Under the pieces are notes generated by a model. That model was not told the DNA's origin and did no database searches. It was given only the letters and a program-made list of their open reading frames with translations. A DNA stretch of 14,815 nucleotides from a virus (taxonomy: Duplodnaviria; Heunggongvirae; Uroviricota; Caudoviricetes): positions 1 to 14,815 of IMG/VR virus record IMGVR_UViG_2778261464_000012; one strand, 5' to 3'. How positions within the stretch are numbered: position 1 is the first letter of the stretch; the number at the start of each line of letters is the position of its first letter. A program made the translations under genes and the position numbers. This document shows, one piece after another, positions 1 to 13,303 of the stretch.

Positions 1-216
1 TTACCCCATTGCTGCGGTTGCCGCAATACCTACACCACCTGCAAAAGTACCGAAAGCTGCACCAGTAGATGTTAGTAACTCATCTACGTTACCAAATGCA
101 CCACCAGCTTTATTATTGAATTCGGATAAACTATTACCCGCATTTTTCAATGATTGCTTCAAGCCAGATTCATTACCTGTGATTTCAAAAATCATTGATT
201 GTTTTTTATTTGCCAT
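1..216 (-). CDS. Tape measure protein, N-terminal fragment (gene continues beyond window start)
   Basis: ATG at 216..214 directly follows the G/GT chaperone reading frames, the conserved position of the tape measure gene. The translation MANKKQSMIFEITGNESGLKQSLK...AGGAFGN...GAAFGTFAGGVGIAATAAMG is a Gly/Ala-rich N-terminus typical of tape measure proteins. The ORF is open to the window edge. Confidence 0.6.
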   Translation of the reverse strand: MANKKQSMIFEITGNESGLKQSLKNAGNSLSEFNNKAGGAFGNVDELLTSTGAAFGTFAGGVGIAATAAMG

Positions 217-882
217 TTGGCTTTACTCCCATCCATGCGAGCATGTTTGCACGCTGTTGTTTTGCTTGTTCTTCTGCGATCTGCTTCTCCTTCTCTGCTC
301 TTTCTTCTGCCTGTTCTGCACGAGTTTTATTACTAAGCAATCCTAGTGAATCGAATTCTTTAGTACTGAACTTGTGCATATCTTCTTTTCTGATATTTCC
401 AGTACTCAACCATAGAGCTTGCATGATTTCACAATGACGCATTTGATCTACTTGTGCTGAGTTTGGGTCTATAACTGTGTCATAGACGTATATATAAAAG
501 AAAAGCAAAAGGGGCATGGTGTAGAGTTCATCCACACCACACCCCTTATTACGGATTAGTTTTAGAGTTAGTGCAAGAAACGGATCGCTTCTTACTTTTT
601 TTCAATATTATCAATATTTATTGATTCAGAGAAGATACGATCAATCTCTTGGCTTAGTTTCATCTGTACTGATAATTCTACGTTTTCTTCAATCTGTTCT
701 GGTGATTCGAATAGTGGTTTACCTTCGTCATCAACTACACAATGATAGATAATTTTGAATGGTGTAGTACATTGGGAATATTGAGCTAGTGAAGGCATAC
801 GAATTTTCACAACTACATTTGGTGCTAGTTCAAATTCGTGGGTTTTTACTCCAATCACGCTCATTAAATCATTTAGGTTCAT
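206..882 (-). CDS. Tail assembly chaperone G-T fusion product made by programmed -1 ribosomal frameshift
   Basis: The -1 frame is open from 601 down to the TAA at 208..206 and overlaps the last codons of the 96-aa G ORF. A slippery heptamer A_AAA_AAG lies exactly in the overlap. The 109-aa ORF in the track (206..535) is the downstream part of this frame. Position immediately upstream of the tape measure gene matches the conserved G/GT arrangement of tailed phages. Confidence 0.6.
592..882 (-). CDS. Tail assembly chaperone (gpG-like), 96 aa
   Basis: ATG at 882..880 is preceded by AAGGAAG with about a 6-nt spacer. The ORF lies between the major tail protein gene and the tape measure gene and ends inside a slippery site. 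Confidence 0.65.
   Translation of the reverse strand: MNLNDLMSVIGVKTHEFELAPNVVVKIRMPSLAQYSQCTTPFKIIYHCVVDDEGKPLFESPEQIEENVELSVQMKLSQEIDRIFSESINIDNIEKK
595..601 (-). other. -1 frameshift slippery heptamer A_AAA_AAG
   Basis: Plus-strand 595..601 is CTTTTTT, so the minus strand reads AAAAAAG. The zero-frame codons are GAA AAA AAG TAA; after a -1 slip the frame continues AAA AAA GTA AGA AGC... (KKVRSDPFLALTL...) with no stop until 206. Confidence 0.6.
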
Positions 883-919
883 TTGTATCTTCCTTGAATT
901 ATGGTTTTATTGATATTAT

Positions 920-1390
920 TTAGTCACCAGCAGTTTCACCGCTTGCAACTGGAGCACCAGTAACTACAAATGTATATTCACGTTGTGCTTGTGAATCAAA
1001 ATCACCAGCAGTAGTGTTAGTAGAGATATAACCGTTAACAACTTGGAAGTAAGAAGCACCATCAGTACCAGTAAGGTTCTCATAGTAAGTTACACGTAGT
1101 TGTACTTTGGTTAGGTTATCTGCATAAGTGTTAAGTAGTTCTTGACCAACTGCACCAGGAATCCAGTTGACAGTTAGAGAAATATCAGGAACGTTTTTAG
1201 AACCAGGTAGTTTCTCTGCATAAAGTTCACCGAAACTATTCACAGTAGCCATATTGGTTTCTGCCCCCGCGACGGCAGGGAAAGCTGCTACCTTCTCAAC
1301 TACAGTAAAGGTTGTTGCAACACCACTAACAGGAGCTAAAGCAATCTCAACTTTGACATTGTTAGCCATAAACATATTTTTAAATGCCAT
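920..1390 (-). CDS. Major tail (tube) protein, 156 aa
   Basis: It sits immediately upstream of the G/GT chaperone genes. ATG at 1390..1388 is preceded by AGGAAAAAAAG. The LTVNWIPG motif and overall pattern resemble lambda gpV-type tube proteins (by recall, not by search). Confidence 0.6.
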   Translation of the reverse strand: MAFKNMFMANNVKVEIALAPVSGVATTFTVVEKVAAFPAVAGAETNMATVNSFGELYAEKLPGSKNVPDISLTVNWIPGAVGQELLNTYADNLTKVQLRVTYYENLTGTDGASYFQVVNGYISTNTTAGDFDSQAQREYTFVVTGAPVASGETAGD

Positions 1391-1412
1391 TTCTTTTTTT
1401 CCTATTTAAAGT

Positions 1413-1433
1413 GGGTAACAGATCTTGTTACCC
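1413..1433 (-). other. Intergenic stem-loop between the 952-aa gene and the major tail protein gene
   Basis: Perfect inverted repeat GGGTAACA (1413..1420), 5-nt loop GATCT, TGTTACCC (1426..1433). It lies between the stop of the 952-aa ORF (1444) and the tube gene ATG (1390). No U-tract follows on the minus strand, so it is not a canonical intrinsic terminator. Confidence 0.4.
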
Positions 1434-1443
1434 TTCATTCATC

Positions 1444-4302
1444 TTATTTATGAAGATTGTAGTACTCTATATATAGTCCTAATCCTCTTAGTACTTCCCC
1501 GCTATAAAAGCCAAAGAACATACTATTGTTTTCTGCCGTAGTTGGAGTACCAGAACGTATAGCGGCTGCCCACGTACCATTCATTACATGATTTGACGTG
1601 ATTACCTCATAATAACTTTGTACTTCATCAAACAACATTTGTATTAACTCATCATCTGGATAACCAGCAATTGCCATAGAACAAGCACCTGCTAACCATA
1701 GTCCTGACATATGAGGGGTAAATCCATCATAAATTACTTCACCATTGTTTTTGAAACGTGTTGGTGCATGACCATCATTATTTTTCATAAACCATTTCAA
1801 GTAATTCATCCAGTTTTTACAGTACTGAATTATATTAGAGGGGATTGCATAATCACCACGTGACCATAATTCATATACTACGTTACATCCTGCATAGAAT
1901 GCACGTGGTTCATAACCAGACCAAGCCTCTGAATACCAGTGATCCATAATGAATGTATCTACTTTCTCACCTGCTGGTAAGTACGCTAATGCGTCCTGAC
2001 GGTTCCATACAAACGCCTGAGCACATGGACCTGGTACAGTAGGATGAAATTTATTAGTAAACCCGTCCTGTGAATCACATAAGAACTTGATACTATTATT
2101 TAGTCTTACTGTATCAATAGTAGTTCCTTTAAAACACCATACTGTAGGTAATTGGTAGCCCGGATACGGAAGACCACGCCAGCCAGAATATAACTGTGCA
2201 TATGGATCTGTAATGTTACTGAACGGTATTAGACCGGGAGTATATGCAAGGCTATCTAACATATAGTCTCTGATAGTACAGTTACCAAGACGTGCCGTAT
2301 AACCACTATCAGTACTGTCATTGAATGTTAAATTAACTAGTACAGAATAGTCACCAGTACCGCCATCGTTATATAGTTCTGGTAGATCGTTTATACAGTA
2401 CCAATCTATACGCCCTGAAACGCCGTCTATCGGGTCATCATCTAATAGTAAGGTAAAGTCCTCTAGTTGTGTTAATGTCACTGCTGCGGGCTGCTCATCG
2501 CCTTCTACGTGGTTTGGTTGATAACTGTTTAGTTTAAAATCTAACTGCGTTAAATCTTTAGTTACCCATTCACCACCACTAGCAGGTAACATAGTCCACC
2601 ATCTCCAACCATCTGGATCGGTAACACGTAAGTTAAAGTCATCATTATATGTACGATAGGTGAATGATTTTAAATCTTGTCTCTCATCGTCATAGATATA
2701 GAATCCTACAACCATCCCGCCGTCACCATCCATAGTACTGGTGATTACGTTGTCATAGTACTTACCAGCTATTCCAGATACATACTCAAACCTAGTGACA
2801 GTATTAGAACCATAATCAGAGACATTACGCATATCTGCGGTTAGGTATTCACCACCATCAGGACGTTTAACACGGGTAAAGTGATTCATTGGTACATCCA
2901 TTACCGTAATAGAACCATTTGGGTTAGTATTTGGAATACCGCAACGGTATAGTGTTGAACCCTCTTCTACTTTCGTCTTATTCACTGTCATTTTAACAGC
3001 GAGTCCTAGAGCTACACCAGTAGTATCAACACCGCCACATTCAATATGGAATTTTGAGTTATTATTAAACTTAAACCAAATTGATTGTTGTTCTAGGGTA
3101 GTCTGTGCTGATGCACTTTGATTAATTACAATATAACCTTCGGCATCACGTGAATAAGTTGCAATTCGATCACTTGGGTAGAAATAATCATATGAAATAC
3201 CATCAGTGAATGGCGTTGTTGCAATTGTACTCTTACGGAAGAACATATCAAATCTATCAATATCTGAATAACCATAACAAGTAAGTAGTGAACACTGCCA
3301 CGCTAGATAGTGTTTACGTTCCCCTGTAATATCCCATAGCATTTTAGATGCAAGACAGAACCACAATTCAGCATCTGATGCATTATCAGCGAAATCAAGA
3401 CTACCGTAATTATCAATTGGTACGTTTACCGGGCGGTTGTGCCAACGTTCATTACGTTTAAACATATAACCGCCATGTTCTACGGGGTTACGTGTTGCAT
3501 AGTTGAAACGGTAATTACCATTAATAGAAGTATCTTTAAGCTGTACTGTACCGATCTGGCTTGTTATTCCCTGTTCCAGTACATCACCGTTACTGTCAAC
3601 CTTGCGGCCTGTACGGTCGATAATCCAATCTACATCATAAGTTGGTGCTTTGGTCTTCCAATCAGTTGTACCGTCTTCTAACCACATATATGCAGTTGCG
3701 TTAACTTGGTTCCAACCTAGTGATGCACGTTCTGGAAAGGCGAACCATACAGCGTCCAAGTACTCACCATAGTTTGGAGCACCAGAAGGTATCTTAGTTT
3801 GTCCATTTACCCAATTGAATAACACCCCTTTAAAGCCGCCATGTGTCGGATATTCGGGATCTAGTGGGTAGTTTGCCAGTACTGGAGCCTTACCATTACA
3901 AATCCAATTACAACGTAATGCCGTACTTGGTGGATCTGGAAATGGTACACCACGATAGAATGCTAAATGATATGCATCAAAATATTCTTTTGCTTTCTCT
4001 AGATAGTATGGTTCTTTAGTTGCTTGGTAGCAGTGAATAGCACCTAGTATTTGTAGGGATTGTCCTTCGGTAGTTGCATCACCATCTGGTTGTGCTTCCC
4101 ACTGAGTTTGTGCGATAAAGTGTCTATTGTTTGCAAGTACATTATCTGGATTTAAAACATAGTGCTGAGTTTTATTATCGGTTGTTAGTCCGGTGTTTCT
4201 GGCGAGGAACTTAAATTGCCCCTCTACCATTTGATACGCGTTATCTAAATTGTGTTTTCTAATCATTAGTGTAGATCTGCCATTAGTAAGGAGCCGAACC
4301 AC
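1444..4302 (-). CDS. Large (about 940-952 aa) Trp/Tyr/Cys-rich protein of unknown function; possibly a virion-associated carbohydrate-active enzyme
   Basis: Long uninterrupted ORF in the operon strand. Start is ambiguous: GTG at 4302, or ATG at 4266..4264 overlapping the upstream TAA (TAATG coupling). Composition and motifs (GQSLQILGAIHCYQAT, WYSEAWSGYEPRAFYAGCNVVYELW, GLWLAGACSMAIAGY) look like a globular enzyme rather than a fibre or sheath; this is inference only. Confidence 0.8.
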   Translation of the reverse strand: MVRLLTNGRSTLMIRKHNLDNAYQMVEGQFKFLARNTGLTTDNKTQHYVLNPDNVLANNRHFIAQTQWEAQPDGDATTEGQSLQILGAIHCYQATKEPYYLEKAKEYFDAYHLAFYRGVPFPDPPSTALRCNWICNGKAPVLANYPLDPEYPTHGGFKGVLFNWVNGQTKIPSGAPNYGEYLDAVWFAFPERASLGWNQVNATAYMWLEDGTTDWKTKAPTYDVDWIIDRTGRKVDSNGDVLEQGITSQIGTVQLKDTSINGNYRFNYATRNPVEHGGYMFKRNERWHNRPVNVPIDNYGSLDFADNASDAELWFCLASKMLWDITGERKHYLAWQCSLLTCYGYSDIDRFDMFFRKSTIATTPFTDGISYDYFYPSDRIATYSRDAEGYIVINQSASAQTTLEQQSIWFKFNNNSKFHIECGGVDTTGVALGLAVKMTVNKTKVEEGSTLYRCGIPNTNPNGSITVMDVPMNHFTRVKRPDGGEYLTADMRNVSDYGSNTVTRFEYVSGIAGKYYDNVITSTMDGDGGMVVGFYIYDDERQDLKSFTYRTYNDDFNLRVTDPDGWRWWTMLPASGGEWVTKDLTQLDFKLNSYQPNHVEGDEQPAAVTLTQLEDFTLLLDDDPIDGVSGRIDWYCINDLPELYNDGGTGDYSVLVNLTFNDSTDSGYTARLGNCTIRDYMLDSLAYTPGLIPFSNITDPYAQLYSGWRGLPYPGYQLPTVWCFKGTTIDTVRLNNSIKFLCDSQDGFTNKFHPTVPGPCAQAFVWNRQDALAYLPAGEKVDTFIMDHWYSEAWSGYEPRAFYAGCNVVYELWSRGDYAIPSNIIQYCKNWMNYLKWFMKNNDGHAPTRFKNNGEVIYDGFTPHMSGLWLAGACSMAIAGYPDDELIQMLFDEVQSYYEVITSNHVMNGTWAAAIRSGTPTTAENNSMFFGFYSGEVLRGLGLYIEYYNLHK

Positions 4303-5948
4303 GTACTACCACCATCATAAGAAACAAACTGGAATACATCTGTTGAATCTTTCGTAAATGTCAGTACTGGTACACGCCCATAAGACCATAAAATTGAATC
4401 AGGCCATGATATTTTATTTGCCCCTGTGCCTTGTTTCATAGCTACAGTGAAAGATTGAGTATTCTTACTATTACCACTTGCGTTAACAATGGTAAAATTA
4501 GTTGTTCCTGCTGATAGTGTAACAGTGAATGCAGTCTTACTATCTGATAAATCAATCTCTAGGCTAGTGCCTGTGAGTGTATTTAGTGCTAATAGATCAT
4601 CTACAATTGTTACTTTTGTATCAATATTGGCTTGTAATACCTTGTCTTTATCATCAATTTGTTTCTTTGAATATGTTCCAACATCATCATAGTTCAAAGT
4701 AATATCACTGTTTAGGGCATAGCCATTAATACGGGTGATACGTAGTGCAAATAGATCATTTGATTGGGTACGTGAGTACACATCTGAAATATCTGCGGCT
4801 ACAAGTTGAATGTTAGTACCAGTAAGTGCCTTGTTATTCACTAAGAATGTTTTAGGTACAAAAGTACTGTTACTATAGCTTAGACTTGCCATATCGGTTA
4901 GTTGTGCTGCACCTAGTGTAATATTCCCACTTAATGCCACGCCGTTAATCGTCTGAGTCTTTGCAACAAAGTTAGTATTAGTTTGTGTCTGTGAGTACAC
5001 ATCTAAAATATCTGCCGCAACCAAGTTTAATGAAGTACCAGATAGTGCATGACCATTTAACTGAAATACTTTTGGAACAAATGTATTAGTGATATAAGTT
5101 TGTGAGTACACATCAGAGATATCTGCGGCTACAAGGGTAATATTCCCCGTTAGCTGTTTACCGTTTATTGTCTGTGTTTTTAGTACATAGTTATCTAGGC
5201 TTGCACTGGAGGCTGCACCAAGTTCTGTTAGTGTTGGTTTATCTGCACTTGTATAGACTTTGTACCATGCACCCATAGATGTTCCGTAGTTACGGACGTT
5301 TATAATTGGTGTACCAGTTTTACTAATTACTAATTGAGTACCAAAGTTTGTATCAAGATTATTAATACCTAGAACATCAGTACCAGTTGGTGAAGTAGTA
5401 GATGGAATCTTAATAAATCCGTTACCGTCGCGTTCTTGCCAGCTTGGGAAAGTAGTTCCATTAGAGCCAACGCCATAATCACCACGGTTTAGCGGTACTG
5501 TAGTTTCATCAAGTATACCAGCACTTACTAATGCAGTTGGTGCAAAGGTATATGTTTTAGTTACTACATTATCATAACTACCAGCAGTTGATGTAGATGT
5601 AAGAACACCGTTATACATTGCATATGGAACGGTAGTATCATCTGCACCTTCATCTGGCATTTCAATTTTCATCTGAACTTCTTCACCAGAAGATACTAAA
5701 TCATCTAGAAATTGGTGTACGGATGGAACCCAATTAACGGTGATCGTTACGTCATTATGAGACATATCACCAACTTCTTTAGCCATAAATGTAGAATTAT
5801 ATGGTTCAATTGAAGTAACTTGTGTGGTAGCACCTACTACTGGAAATGAAGCCAGCTTTTCAACTTGTTCAAATGCTTTTGAATTTGGATCGGTATTAAG
5901 TGTGTTAGTATTAATCCACACTGTTGTGTAGTTAGTTAAGAATGACAT
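4266..5948 (-). CDS. Tail protein (560 aa) with tail-tube-like N-terminal domain and tandem fibre-like repeats
   Basis: Residues about 25-145 align with the 156-aa tube protein (EKLASFPVVG / EKVAAFPAVAG; ITVNWVPS / LTVNWIPG; TKTYTFAPTALVS / REYTFVVTGAPVAS). Residues about 255-423 contain four to five repeats of about 36 aa (KTQTINGKQLTGNITLVAADISDVYSQTYITNTFVP and variants). Confidence 0.8.
   Translation of the reverse strand: MSFLTNYTTVWINTNTLNTDPNSKAFEQVEKLASFPVVGATTQVTSIEPYNSTFMAKEVGDMSHNDVTITVNWVPSVHQFLDDLVSSGEEVQMKIEMPDEGADDTTVPYAMYNGVLTSTSTAGSYDNVVTKTYTFAPTALVSAGILDETTVPLNRGDYGVGSNGTTFPSWQERDGNGFIKIPSTTSPTGTDVLGINNLDTNFGTQLVISKTGTPIINVRNYGTSMGAWYKVYTSADKPTLTELGAASSASLDNYVLKTQTINGKQLTGNITLVAADISDVYSQTYITNTFVPKVFQLNGHALSGTSLNLVAADILDVYSQTQTNTNFVAKTQTINGVALSGNITLGAAQLTDMASLSYSNSTFVPKTFLVNNKALTGTNIQLVAADISDVYSRTQSNDLFALRITRINGYALNSDITLNYDDVGTYSKKQIDDKDKVLQANIDTKVTIVDDLLALNTLTGTSLEIDLSDSKTAFTVTLSAGTTNFTIVNASGNSKNTQSFTVAMKQGTGANKISWPDSILWSYGRVPVLTFTKDSTDVFQFVSYDGGSTWFGSLLMADLH
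4680..5186 (-). repeat. Tandem in-frame coding repeats of about 105-110 bp (4-5 copies) inside the 560-aa gene
   Basis: Near-identical DNA blocks are visible, for example GTGAGTACACATCTGAAATATCTGCGGCTACAAG near 4770, GTGAGTACACATCTAAAATATCTGCCGCAACCAAG near 4995, and GTGAGTACACATCAGAGATATCTGCGGCTACAAG near 5105. They correspond to the protein repeats ...LVAADISDVYSQT.... Confidence 0.7.
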
Positions 5949-5950
5949 TA

Positions 5951-6388
5951 TTATTCCCCGTAGCTAAATGTAATTGATTGCGTATGTACATACATTGTTT
6001 TTTGTGCTTCGGCTTGAGTTGTCATTAAACTATCACCAACTAGTACATTATAAATTGGCATCCTTAGTAGTTTGTTTAAATCATCTAAGAATCCCTTAGC
6101 AAAAATTGCCTCTAGAATCTTTTCAATTTCTTCTGAGGCATTTTTAAAGTCTTCGGCAACTGATACGAAATCAATACGAAATTCACAAAGGTTTTGTACT
6201 TCTTGCGGTACTATTTGTGCCGCGATTACTGGCATATTTTGAGGAATCTTATTTCTCATTACTGAACTTTCCCCAATATAAACCATAGCTTTTTTATCTA
6301 CTGATGCTTTCGATGGAAAATGAAGATTCGCTTTAGTACTTAATCTGTTGGTTAGGTACTTTCTGATTGTATAGTCTGCCGTGTACAT
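5951..6388 (-). CDS. Putative head-tail connector / tail completion protein, 145 aa
   Basis: Small ORF packed between the capsid gene and the tail genes, separated from its neighbours by 1-2 nt. Assignment is by position and size only. Confidence 0.45.
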   Translation of the reverse strand: MYTADYTIRKYLTNRLSTKANLHFPSKASVDKKAMVYIGESSVMRNKIPQNMPVIAAQIVPQEVQNLCEFRIDFVSVAEDFKNASEEIEKILEAIFAKGFLDDLNKLLRMPIYNVLVGDSLMTTQAEAQKTMYVHTQSITFSYGE

Positions 6389-6389
6389 A

Positions 6390-6683
6390 TTAGATATCCT
6401 CTAAATTAATCTGTTGAATATAGTGATAATCTGAGATTCCACTCAAATCATCATCTATTCTATTTACTATGTAGGTAGTGCCATTATGTTCAAAAGTAAT
6501 ACCCACTGGTAAACCAGTTTCAGAAGTGAAATAGTTCACGGTAGATTCTGCATCTTCAAAAAAAATCTCGTCTTGCTCGAATATCACTGTAACAGTACTT
6601 GTTACTCCATCCTGAACAATGACGAGATCTTCACCGAAAGAATCTAGTAGTGATCTTTTTTGAGCTTTACTAAATCCTCTCAT
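6390..6683 (-). CDS. Putative head completion / head-tail joining protein, 97 aa
   Basis: Small ORF starting 6 nt after the capsid gene stop, at the typical position of head-tail adaptor genes. Assignment is by position only. Confidence 0.45.
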   Translation of the reverse strand: MRGFSKAQKRSLLDSFGEDLVIVQDGVTSTVTVIFEQDEIFFEDAESTVNYFTSETGLPVGITFEHNGTTYIVNRIDDDLSGISDYHYIQQINLEDI

Positions 6684-6688
6684 ATATA

Positions 6689-13094
<6,406 letters not shown>

Positions 13095-13099
13095 ATGTT

Positions 13100-13303
13100 T
13101 TGTGTACATCTAAAATGTCACATACAATTGAAAGCAATCGGTGCCGAAAACTCGCGTTGATAATCAGGCTGGAGGAGTACCTAAATTATTAGTTTCACTT
13201 AATTAGGTTGATTAAAAGCACTTACATTTCATTTTACTTGATCATTATTACAATGTAACATTGCAAGCACATACACATTGCCGTTCAAGAAGGAATATCC
13301 AAA
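13100..13303. promoter_or_regulatory. Divergent intergenic control region; candidate location of cos and of the DUF3800-gene promoter
   Basis: About 200 bp non-coding stretch between divergently arranged terS and the DUF3800-like gene. It contains three TTGAT(A/T/C)A motifs and a direct repeat ACATTGC...ACATTGC just upstream of the plus-strand RBS. Exact promoter and cos positions cannot be fixed from sequence alone. Confidence 0.3.

Noticed and set aside
116-437. Plus-strand ORFs 116..346 and 195..437 (76 and 80 aa)
   Set aside because: They are antisense to the G-T chaperone reading frame. The translations are low-complexity and Cys/Phe/Leu-rich, typical of shadow ORFs, with no convincing RBS.
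206-535. 109-aa ORF with GTG start as an independent gene
   Set aside because: Its frame is open upstream to 601 and overlaps the end of the G gene at an A_AAA_AAG slippery site. It is better explained as the T extension reached by -1 frameshift.
1413-1433. Stem-loop at 1413..1433 as an intrinsic terminator
   Set aside because: No U-tract follows on the transcribed (minus) strand and the stem is short (8 bp). It is annotated only as a stem-loop.
3439-4692. Plus-strand ORFs 3439..3681 and 4489..4692
   Set aside because: They are antisense shadow ORFs inside the 952-aa and 560-aa genes.
4680-5186. Possible CRISPR array suggested by the tandem repeats
   Set aside because: The repeats are about 105-110 bp, in-frame and coding, without short unique spacers. 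They are protein repeats of the fibre-like gene.
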